From Thermoplasmata archaeon (GTDB taxonomy: Archaea > Thermoplasmatota > Thermoplasmata > Lutacidiplasmatales > UBA184): a DNA stretch of 64,000 bases. Shown one piece after another: positions 56,001-64,000 of the stretch; position 1 is the first letter of the stretch; each line of letters starts with the position of its first letter. The position numbers and the translations under genes were made by a program. Location: assembly GCA_022749935.1 (NCBI GenBank), contig JAKIWQ010000004.1, positions 2,286-66,285 on the forward strand, read 5' to 3'. A model generated the notes under the pieces. That model saw only the letters and a program-made list of their open reading frames with translations, was not told the DNA's origin and ran no database searches.

Positions 56001-59000
56001 CTACGGTCCCGGTTCCCCGTAGGTCGTCTCGGGCGTCGTGTCCTCCGGTTCCCTCACCGGTGGGTGGGCCGGAGGCGTCGCGGTCGGAGGCGACTCGGCT
56101 TCCCCCTCCCCGTACGTCGTCTCTGGTGTGGTGTCCTCGGGCTCCCTCGCCGGCGGGTGGGTTGAGCTGGTCCCGGTCGGAGACGACTCGGCGGGGGGTC
56201 CGCGGACGCGCCGCTTCCGGGCGAACAGTAGGCCGAGCACCAGGGCCACGAGAGCCAGCCCCACGGCCGCGTAGACCCAGAGCGGGAGGGCGGAGCCCGG
56301 ACCTCCGGAGGAAGCAGAGGAAGCGACCACGGTGAGGGTCACTTGGTCCCCGACCGTTCGGTTCAACTGATCGGTCGCTCGCACGCTGACCGAGAACGTG
56401 CCCAGCACCGCGGGGAGGCAGCTGACCGTAGAGGTATTCGCACTCTGACATCCCGTCGGAAGGCCCCCGTACGCGTACGTCACCGCCCCGACCGCGCCCA
56501 CCAACGTGACGGTGAGGCGGGAGGTCGCGCCGAGAGAGACCAACGCCGGCGAAGCGACGAACGACCCGACGGCCAACGTCGGGGGGGTCGAGACCGAGAG
56601 GGTGAGCATCGCCTTCGAACGGCCGCCCTGGAGGTCGGTGACGTTGACCGTGACGGAACTGTTTCCGACCGCCGTCGGGAAGCAGTGAAGGACGGCGACA
56701 TTTCCACTGGTACACCCGCTCGGGAGTCCTGAGTAGGAGTAGCTCAGCGACGCCCCGGACGCGACGACCGTGAGGACGGTCGTCTCGCCGAGGTAGATCG
56801 AGCTCGCCGACGCGGTGAAGGACGTGATGGTCGGGAGGGGGATCCGATACACCGTGAGGGTCGCGTTCGCCTCCGCGGACTTTCCGTAGATGTTCGTGGC
56901 AGTGACGGTCACGGTGTAGTTGCCGACAACCGACGGGGTGCAGGCGAGGGCCGAGATGTTGGCCGATGCGCACCCCGTGGGGAGTCCGGTGTACGCATAG
57001 TTCATCCAACCGTACGCCCCGGTGGCCACGGTCTGGAAGACCGTTCCGCTCCCGTTCGGGATGCTCGGCGGGACGGCTTGGAACGAGGTGATCACGGGAT
57101 TCGGGTCGGGCAACACCTGGAGCGTCAGGTTGGCGGTCGCGGTCTTTCCGTAGGCGTTGGTGACCGTGACCTCGACCGGATAGCTTCCGAGGACCGTCGG
57201 GGTGCACCCGAACGAGGAGAGGTTCTGGCTCCCACAACCGGGGGGCAGTCCGGAGTAGGTGTAGGCCAGCCAGCCGTACGCCCCCGTCGCGTTGACGCGG
57301 AGGACGCTCGCGTTATGGAGGAAGATCACCGAGGGGGTCGCCGCGAACGTCTGGATCACCGGAGACGGGGCCACGCTCACGGAGAGGCTCGTGTTCGCGA
57401 ACGCCGTCACGAGGTTGGCGTTGGTCACCGTGACCTCGATCGTGTAGGAGCCCGACCCCGTGGGGGTGCACGCCAGGGACGAACTGTTGACGGTCCCGCA
57501 CCCGGCCGGCAACCCCGTGTAGGCGTACGCCAGCCAGCCATACCCACCCGTCGCGTTCACCATCAGGGTCGTCGCATTCCCGAGGAAGAGAGAGGGCGGG
57601 TTCGCGGAGAACGAGTGGATCTGGGGAGCCGGCAGGGTGTGCACCACCAGGTCCGTGAAGGCGGTCGTGGACCGTCCGGCTCCGTCGGTCACGAGGACCT
57701 CCACGCGATACTCGCCCCGCGAGGTCGGGGTGCACAGGAAGGAGGGCCCGTTCGTACTCGAACATCCGGGGGGAAGTCCGGAGTACGCGTACGATAGGGA
57801 GCCACTCCAACCTTTCGCCGTGACATTGAACGTGGTGCTTCCGCCGATCTGGACGCTCGCAGGGGCGGCCGTGAACGAAGCGACGTATGGGGCCCCGGAC
57901 GAGTTCGTGGGGAGGATGGAGATCCCGCCCCCGAGGACGTTGGCCACATAGAGGTCCCCGTTCCCCGGATCGTAGGCGAGGGACGAGGGACCAGCCCCCA
58001 CGCTCACATTCCCCAACGGCGAGAACGTCGTCGCGTTGTAGAACGTGAGGTTGTCGGTCGCGTAGTCCGCGGTCACGACCTCTTCCGTCCCGCTGAGGTA
58101 GGTCACGTCCGTGGGATCGGCCGTGCCGAGCGAGTAGGACGTGAGGGCGCGGCCGGTGCTCGCGTTGTACGCACCGAAGTAGGAGGGACAGAAGAGGCAC
58201 CCCTCCGCGACGACCATCGCGTTGGCGGCCGGGTCAAAGGTGATCGCCTCGGCCCGTCCTCCCGCGGGAAGCGGAACGTAACCGGTCACGTTGTCGGTGA
58301 AGGGGTCGATGATCGAGATCGTCGTGGTGTACCCCCCTGCGGTATTGTTCTGGATCCACAGTTCGCCCGTGACCGGGTCGTATCCGACCGCGTTGGGCGC
58401 GCCGCCGAAGGGGATGGTCGCCATGGTCAGGAGCGAGGTCGCGTTCACGACCGTCACGTAGCCGTTCGGCTGACAGAAATTGTCGACGTAGACGAACTGG
58501 TTCTCTGGGTCGTACGTCGCCCCGGAGGGGCTGCAGGATCCCGTGGCGAGGTTGGTGATGAGGTGGCCGGAGGTGGAGTTGACGACCCGAACCCCTGCCG
58601 TGGCCGCGACGAAGAGCTCGTGGAGGCCCGCAGCGTAGACGAGGGGGGAGGCGGACGGAAAGCTCGAGGCGGTAGGGTTCTCGTAGAACCCCCCGGTCCC
58701 GGACGGGCCGCTCAGGTTGAGGACCGTCCCGTAGGTCTCGGCGGTGGTCAGGAAGCCGGACCCGCGGAGCGGGTCCGCCACGAGGGTGGAGAGGACCGCT
58801 CCCGTCTCGATGTAGGTGATGCTCCCGAGCCCCGCGCCCGAGAGCACGCTCACGTTGTATCCCGCGACATCGAGGGCCCGAGCCGTCGGATCGTAGACGA
58901 GCTGGTTCGCGCCGTTTCCCGCGTAGACCGAGGGGCCAACCAATCGGGTGAGGAGGTTGACCGCCGTCAGGTTCGGCGAGGGGTACTCCGTCAGGTAGAG

Positions 59001-60080
59001 GGTGTGGAGGGAGGCATCGATCGCGAGCGCGGTGGGAAGGCCCGAAAATCCGATGGGCGCCAACAGCGTGTCCGTCGTGGCGTTGGCCTCGGTCAAGTTT
59101 CCGAGGGAGGCGCCGCCGGCCCCGTACGTGAAACTCGCGATGTAGAACGTCTGGCCCCCCGGCGCGACGACAAGGCCGACGCCGGTGTTGGCGTAGGTGA
59201 CCGAACTCAACCAGGCAAAGGTCGTGGCGTTGAAGATCGAGACGTTGCTCACCGAACTGTCCATGACCAGGAGCTCGTTCGTCAATGCATCGAATGCGGC
59301 GGCGAAGAGATCGGTCCCGAAGGTGACGTTAGTCTGGACCGTAACGGCCGTCGCGTTGATGACCGAAAAGGCTCCGTCGCCGTCGGCCAGGAAGACGTTG
59401 CCGGTGATCGTGTCGAGGGCCAGCTGCTCGGTCGAGCCGAAGGCGTTCCCCGCCGTGAGATTCGCCACGACTTGGTCGGTCGTGGTGTTGATGACCGAAA
59501 CCTCCCCCAAACCCGAATCGCCCACGTAGAGCTGGTGGGTCAGCGGGTCGAGCAGCATCGTGGAAGGGGTGGCGCCGGCGGGGAGGGAGATGATCGCGAC
59601 GACCCGGTCGAGCGTCAGGTTGATGACGTCGACCCCGTTGTGCGTCCCGCCCCCGCCCGTGGCCGCGACGTACAGCAACTCGCGTCCCGGGTCCACGGCA
59701 TCGCTCAGGTCGTTCGGTCGGTTGAGCGGTTGAAAGTTTCCGCCGACTAGGGTCTGGTTGAAGACCACGTAGGTCGAGTTCACGGCAGGCACGCTGGGAA
59801 ACGGTGGGGGCACCGCCGGCAGGCCCCGCGACGTTCCGATGCTGGAGAGCTGATCTACGGGGGTGAATGGTCGTCCGGAGTGGTTCCCAGCGAGCGCATT
59901 CGGCACCATCATCCCCGAAATGACAAACCCTGTGACCAGTATCCAGGCAAGGATGGTCGGGAGACGGCTCCGATTCGCGCGAGAAGACCCGGTACCACCG
60001 GGGGGCACTCGAACTGGCGTGGCCACCGGAAGTTCTGAACGCTGGAGTGAGGCGGGTCCGTCCGAGAATTGAGTCGACAC
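56001..60080 (-). CDS. Large surface glycoprotein: YVTN-type beta-propellers, six Ig/PKD-like repeats, C-terminal TM
   Basis: Signal segment; propeller blades (YDP....LYVA, VSVIN); six ~86-aa repeats with YxYxGLPxGC...CxP; TM LWVYAAVGLALVALVLGLLFARKRR. Confidence 0.88.
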   Translation of the reverse strand: MSTQFSDGPASLQRSELPVATPVRVPPGGTGSSRANRSRLPTILAWILVTGFVISGMMVPNALAGNHSGRPFTPVDQLSSIGTSRGLPAVPPPFPSVPAVNSTYVVFNQTLVGGNFQPLNRPNDLSDAVDPGRELLYVAATGGGGTHNGVDVINLTLDRVVAIISLPAGATPSTMLLDPLTHQLYVGDSGLGEVSVINTTTDQVVANLTAGNAFGSTEQLALDTITGNVFLADGDGAFSVINATAVTVQTNVTFGTDLFAAAFDALTNELLVMDSSVSNVSIFNATTFAWLSSVTYANTGVGLVVAPGGQTFYIASFTYGAGGASLGNLTEANATTDTLLAPIGFSGLPTALAIDASLHTLYLTEYPSPNLTAVNLLTRLVGPSVYAGNGANQLVYDPTARALDVAGYNVSVLSGAGLGSITYIETGAVLSTLVADPLRGSGFLTTAETYGTVLNLSGPSGTGGFYENPTASSFPSASPLVYAAGLHELFVAATAGVRVVNSTSGHLITNLATGSCSPSGATYDPENQFVYVDNFCQPNGYVTVVNATSLLTMATIPFGGAPNAVGYDPVTGELWIQNNTAGGYTTTISIIDPFTDNVTGYVPLPAGGRAEAITFDPAANAMVVAEGCLFCPSYFGAYNASTGRALTSYSLGTADPTDVTYLSGTEEVVTADYATDNLTFYNATTFSPLGNVSVGAGPSSLAYDPGNGDLYVANVLGGGISILPTNSSGAPYVASFTAAPASVQIGGSTTFNVTAKGWSGSLSYAYSGLPPGCSSTNGPSFLCTPTSRGEYRVEVLVTDGAGRSTTAFTDLVVHTLPAPQIHSFSANPPSLFLGNATTLMVNATGGYGWLAYAYTGLPAGCGTVNSSSLACTPTGSGSYTIEVTVTNANLVTAFANTSLSVSVAPSPVIQTFAATPSVIFLHNASVLRVNATGAYGWLAYTYSGLPPGCGSQNLSSFGCTPTVLGSYPVEVTVTNAYGKTATANLTLQVLPDPNPVITSFQAVPPSIPNGSGTVFQTVATGAYGWMNYAYTGLPTGCASANISALACTPSVVGNYTVTVTATNIYGKSAEANATLTVYRIPLPTITSFTASASSIYLGETTVLTVVASGASLSYSYSGLPSGCTSGNVAVLHCFPTAVGNSSVTVNVTDLQGGRSKAMLTLSVSTPPTLAVGSFVASPALVSLGATSRLTVTLVGAVGAVTYAYGGLPTGCQSANTSTVSCLPAVLGTFSVSVRATDQLNRTVGDQVTLTVVASSASSGGPGSALPLWVYAAVGLALVALVLGLLFARKRRVRGPPAESSPTGTSSTHPPAREPEDTTPETTYGEGEAESPPTATPPAHPPVREPEDTTPETTYGEPGP
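56004..56189 (-). repeat. 93-bp (31-aa) tandem duplication in the cytoplasmic tail
   Basis: ESSPTGTSSTHPPAREPEDTTPETTYGEGEA / ESPPTATPPAHPPVREPEDTTPETTYGEPGP. Confidence 0.85.
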
Positions 60081-60179
60081 CCTTTCGCAGCCACCCCCGT
60101 CGCGTTGTACCCCGAGCCACGCACACCGATAGCCCTCACGGTCGAAGCCTCCCTCCCGCCCCCACGGGGCGGAGCGGCG

Positions 60180-62069
60180 TCACCCTTCGGTCGACATCAA
60201 CCCCAAAGCGAACGCGGCCCGCAACACTCCGATGTGCGTGAAGGCCTGGGGATAGTTTCCGAGCGGCTCCTTGGCCACAGGATCGAACTGTTCGGAGAAC
60301 AGGAGCAACGGGCCGGCCACGTCGAGCAGCGCACGCCAGTGGTCGAGGGCGCGGTCGGTCTGCCCGCTCTTCGCGAGCGACTCGACGAGCCAGAAGGAAC
60401 ACAGGAGGAAAGCGCCTTCCGGACCCTCGAGGCCGTCGTCCGACCGGTAGCGCTGGACGAACGGGCCGCGGCAGAGATTCTGCTCGATGGCCGCGATCGT
60501 GCCGAGAACGCGTGGGTCGTTCGGGGGCAAGAGCCCGTCCAGCGCGATCCGCAAGGCGCTCGCGTCCAGCACGGGCCGGTCGAACGCCTGGACGAATGCT
60601 CCCTGACGGTCGTCGAACCCGCGCGACAGGATGGCTGCCCGGATCTCGTCCGCGCCCCGGCGCCACCGGTCGATGGGCTCGGTCTTGCCGAGATCCTGCG
60701 CGATCTGGATCGCCCGGTCGAGCGCGACCCAGCACATCAGCTTCGAGTGGACGTAGTGCGCCGGGCGGGTCCGGAACTCCCATATCCCACTATCCGCGAG
60801 GGGCCACAGTTCGAGCGCCCGCTGGGCGAGCCGTTCGATGGTCGGCCATCGGTCCCGGACGAACGCCGGGTCGACCTGCTCGAGGAGGCGGGCCGAGTCG
60901 AGGATCTCCCCGTAGATGTCGAGCTGCCGCTGGTCGGCGGCGGCGTTGCCGACGCGAACGGGGCGGGAGTTCCGATACCCCTCGAGATGCGTGAGCTCCA
61001 CCTCCGCGGGCGGCGCCTGCCCGTCCACGGTGTAGACGGTCCGAAGCTCGTCGCCCTCCTGGAGCTGAGCGGCCCGGTCGAGGGCCCATCCCACGTACGC
61101 CCGGGCCTCGCTCAGGTGGCCCAGCAAGAGGAACACTTGAGCGGTGAACGCCGCGTCCCGGATCCAGACGTACCGATAGTCCCAGTTTCTCGGTCCCCCG
61201 AACCATTCGGGAAGGGAGGTGGTCGGCGCGGCGACGAACACGCCCGAGTCGGCATACGAGAGGAGCTTGAGGACGAGCTCCGAACGTTCCACCCAGGGGT
61301 GCCACCGGGCGGCCACTCGGCGCAGGGGGGCGTCGGTGGGGGAGACCCACCCGCGCCAGTACGCGTCGGTCACCGACAGGAGGTTGGAGGCGGTCGGCTC
61401 CTCGGGGGGAGGCTCCCCCCAACGGACCTGGGCGAACTTCGGGCTCCCGGGTTCGACCCTGCCGGTGGAGACGACGCCGACCCCGTCGGAGCGCCAGGGC
61501 CAGGGCGACGTGAGGGACAGCCGGGCCGCCCCGCTGTGCGCGACCGCCAACTCCCCCGACACATTCCAGCCGGGGACCGAGCGACCGTAGTCGAACCGCG
61601 GGTCAGCCTCGATACGAACCTCGATGGGCGCTCCCCGGGCCAGGAGGCGCCGGACGATGCGCGGATCCCCTCCGATGGTCGCCCCCTGGGGCCCCATGGG
61701 CATGAAGTCGGTCAGTACCAGGGTGACCGCCCGCCGCAACTCGAAGAACGTGGTGAGGACGTTCGTGCCCGGGACGTACTGCTGGTGAGAGACATACTTC
61801 GCGACGGGCGCGACCTGATGGAATCCCCCGTTGGGCCGGCCGAGGAGCCGGGCAAAGACGCTCGGACTGTCGAACCGGGGCAGGCAGGCCCAATCGACCG
61901 ACCCGTGCCGCGAGATCAACGCCCCGGTCTTCTCGTTCCCGATGAGTCCGTAATCGTTGACCGTCAGGGCCGGCGGTGACCGCTCCGGTCGGTCGTGGGG
62001 TGCGGCGGCAGCCGTCGACGCGGCGACGGGCACCGAGTCGGACGTCGACCCTGGGGGAGTACCGTTCAC
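60180..62069 (-). CDS. Glycoside hydrolase family 15 (trehalase/glucoamylase-like)
   Basis: DYGLIGN, WACLPRFDS, AAPTTSLPE, RNWDYRYVWIRD, GIWE, LFSEQ, GNYPQAFTH. Confidence 0.93.
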   Translation of the reverse strand: MNGTPPGSTSDSVPVAASTAAAAPHDRPERSPPALTVNDYGLIGNEKTGALISRHGSVDWACLPRFDSPSVFARLLGRPNGGFHQVAPVAKYVSHQQYVPGTNVLTTFFELRRAVTLVLTDFMPMGPQGATIGGDPRIVRRLLARGAPIEVRIEADPRFDYGRSVPGWNVSGELAVAHSGAARLSLTSPWPWRSDGVGVVSTGRVEPGSPKFAQVRWGEPPPEEPTASNLLSVTDAYWRGWVSPTDAPLRRVAARWHPWVERSELVLKLLSYADSGVFVAAPTTSLPEWFGGPRNWDYRYVWIRDAAFTAQVFLLLGHLSEARAYVGWALDRAAQLQEGDELRTVYTVDGQAPPAEVELTHLEGYRNSRPVRVGNAAADQRQLDIYGEILDSARLLEQVDPAFVRDRWPTIERLAQRALELWPLADSGIWEFRTRPAHYVHSKLMCWVALDRAIQIAQDLGKTEPIDRWRRGADEIRAAILSRGFDDRQGAFVQAFDRPVLDASALRIALDGLLPPNDPRVLGTIAAIEQNLCRGPFVQRYRSDDGLEGPEGAFLLCSFWLVESLAKSGQTDRALDHWRALLDVAGPLLLFSEQFDPVAKEPLGNYPQAFTHIGVLRAAFALGLMSTEG

Positions 62070-62198
62070 CCTGGGCCTCCCCTCACGGGAGGCGGTCCCC
62101 GCCCGCGGGGTGCCGGCGCACGCGGTGGAAGTGACGGGACCGCGAGACCCTTCGGGAGCAATCCGTAACTATTCCGGGGCCCGTCGTGCACGATCACG

Positions 62199-63113
62199 AT
62201 GACTGCACCGACTCCGGCACGTAACGAGGACTCCGTGCACCATATCCGTTTCCGCGCGGGGAAACCGACCCGAAGCCCCCGGGGGAGTGCGCCCTCCGCG
62301 GGGACCGCGAACCCGGAGCGGAGGGGACGCCGCCCTGCGGGGCCACTACCGGTAGGCGTCCGGTCCCGCCGAGACAGCCCGCCTCCACGACCACGGGCTT
62401 TCGTAAGCGATCTCGATCGCACCCTCCTGCGTCCGGGGGGTCGACCTACGGAGTGGGCGAGGGCAGCGCTCCAGACGGCGCGAGCGATGGGCCTGCGAAC
62501 TATGTTGGTCTCCGGTCGTACCTATTCGGACCTCACCCGCCTCGCGCGTCCCTTCGGTGCGTGGGACGCGCTCGTAGCGGAGAACGGGGCGGTCGTCGAA
62601 GCGCCTTGCGGGTCGTCGCCACTGGTCCTCGGGAGCGGAGTGGGCGCCGCCGTGCGTCGTCGACTCCGGACCTACGCGGGCAAACGCCCGGAATTTGGAA
62701 GGGTGGTCGTCTCCTTCCCTCGACGGGAGCGCCGCTACTTCCTACAGGCCTTGCACGGGCTACCGGTCGATATCATCGCGAACGTCGACCGGCTGATGGT
62801 CCTCCCCCTCGGGGTGACGAAGCGGTCGGGCGTCCGTCTCGCATTGCGCCGTCTCGGGTTGGGGGGAGCGGGGTATGCGGCCATCGGAGACGCGTCGAAC
62901 GACCTCGAGCTCCTCGACGGCGCGTCACTCTCTGGCGCCGTAGCGAACGCGGAGTCGACCGTGCGGTCGACCGCCGATTATGTCTGTCGCGGGTCGTTCG
63001 ACCGCGGGGTCCTCGAGTTCGTCTCGGGCCCGTTGTGGGCGCGGGTCGGAGGCGGACCCCCGTGGCCCGGACTCACCGGCGGCCCGCTCGGACACGGTCG
63101 AGGACCTCGGTAA
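62199..63113 (+). CDS. HAD-superfamily hydrolase (Cof / phosphoglycolate phosphatase-like); start uncertain
   Basis: SDLDRTL, VSGR, AENGA, GVTK, IGDASND, AVANA. Confidence 0.8.
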   Translation: MTAPTPARNEDSVHHIRFRAGKPTRSPRGSAPSAGTANPERRGRRPAGPLPVGVRSRRDSPPPRPRAFVSDLDRTLLRPGGRPTEWARAALQTARAMGLRTMLVSGRTYSDLTRLARPFGAWDALVAENGAVVEAPCGSSPLVLGSGVGAAVRRRLRTYAGKRPEFGRVVVSFPRRERRYFLQALHGLPVDIIANVDRLMVLPLGVTKRSGVRLALRRLGLGGAGYAAIGDASNDLELLDGASLSGAVANAESTVRSTADYVCRGSFDRGVLEFVSGPLWARVGGGPPWPGLTGGPLGHGRGPR

Positions 63114-63831
63114 GGCGCTTGTTCGTTTCGGCGGTGATCGCGTCCCGGTCCTCCGGCCGCCGGAGCATGAGCGTGAGGGTGAGGTCGGTGGACTGCGGGG
63201 AGCGCGCCTTGGTCGTGACGACGGGCGGGAACCGTGGGTCGAGACGTGCCCGGAGTTTCGAAAGGGTCTTCAGAAGGTCGCTCTCGAATGCCGGCAGGTC
63301 GATGTTGCCGCTGATCGAGACGGGAATGATGACCTCCTTCCACGCCTGAGGGGACGTGTTCACCACGACGTCATGGATCATGGACGCGTTCGGGACCGAA
63401 ACGAGCTGCTCCTTGTCGGAGAGCAGCACGGTCGTCATCGGGTTGATCTCGATGACCTTTCCCGAGTACCCTTTCACTTCGATCGTATCGCCGACCTTGA
63501 AGGGCGTGTAGATGTCGGAAAAGTACTTCGCCCCGTAGTTTCCGAGCGGGTCCCGGAGTGCGACGAGCGCCGTCACACCGAGGAGGGCGACCACCAACAA
63601 CAGGATGTCCGGACTCACGCCGAGCGCCTGGAGGGCGAGCGTCCCCCCAATCAGTCCGACCATGACGACTGCGAGGCGGCGGGCGGCCACCGCCATCTGG
63701 GGACTCCCTCCTCGAATCAGACGACCCACCAGCCATCCGACCAACCAGGCGAGGAGGACGGTCAGGGCGACGATCACGGCGACCGGCCAGTACGGTAGGA
63801 GGAGGTTCAGGAGCGATGCGAGTCCGATCAC
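63073..63831 (-). CDS. Small-conductance mechanosensitive channel (MscS family)
   Basis: 3 TM segments, PFKVGDTIEV.GYSGKV.EI...TT, VSVPN. Confidence 0.88.
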   Translation of the reverse strand: MIGLASLLNLLLPYWPVAVIVALTVLLAWLVGWLVGRLIRGGSPQMAVAARRLAVVMVGLIGGTLALQALGVSPDILLLVVALLGVTALVALRDPLGNYGAKYFSDIYTPFKVGDTIEVKGYSGKVIEINPMTTVLLSDKEQLVSVPNASMIHDVVVNTSPQAWKEVIIPVSISGNIDLPAFESDLLKTLSKLRARLDPRFPPVVTTKARSPQSTDLTLTLMLRRPEDRDAITAETNKRLTEVLDRVRAGRR

Positions 63832-63998
63832 GAAGCCTCCGTGACGTCGGTCAGCAGCTCCGCTTCGGCCCGTTCGGCGGCGTCGAGCGAACACTTCTTC
63901 GCCGTCACTCGGCCGTTCTTCGCCAGCCGGGCGCTCAGTTTCCCGGAACGGTCGTCCAGGAGTCGCTGCATCTGGTGCACGAGGGCGCCGGGCGCGTC
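63828..63998 (-). CDS. 3' end of a gene running off the window edge
   Basis: Open frame ...DAPGALVHQMQRLLDDRSGKL...TDVTEAS*, stop overlaps the mscS GTG. Confidence 0.5.
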   Translation of the reverse strand, partial: DAPGALVHQMQRLLDDRSGKLSARLAKNGRVTAKKCSLDAAERAEAELLTDVTEAS

Positions 63999-64000
63999 GG

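Noticed and set aside
1-64000. Many long alternative-frame and antisense ORFs (e.g. 4215-7076 minus, 26122-29367 plus, 21982-24516 plus, 16250-18430 plus)
   Set aside because: Shadow ORFs expected in high-GC DNA; they lie over well-supported genes and are Arg/Pro/Gly-rich with no motifs.

Overview
High-GC archaeal chromosomal window. Archaeal markers include PolD DP2, RadA, L7Ae/S28e/L24e, PurP and TATA-type promoters. The gene complement suggests a Thermoplasmata-like lineage (inference only). It is mostly housekeeping and metabolic: rnz, hutI/hutH, class II RNR, nadA/C, gcvT, purP/H/C, a xanthine-dehydrogenase-family molybdoenzyme, ftsZ, mutY, PolX, a Mo/W ABC transporter, malic enzyme, map, ndk and a GH15 hydrolase, plus two large surface proteins. 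No CRISPR array, transposase or integrase was seen. The highlights are: (1) a Cas4-family nuclease split into two adjacent genes, each half with its own transmembrane helix, lying between rpl24e and ndk with no other cas genes in the window; (2) a tRNA-Arg(UCG) with a 26-nt intron in the T-loop (59/60) framed by a perfect bulge-helix-bulge; (3) an archaeal nickel SOD (sodN) with its divergent maturation protease; (4) a small, very basic two-repeat protein that is a candidate nucleic-acid/chromatin protein; (5) cis-elements read directly from the sequence, namely a k-turn in the rpl7ae leader, a MarR operator palindrome and a structured nrdJ leader. Start codons were adjusted by eye from the ORF track and are approximate where stated.
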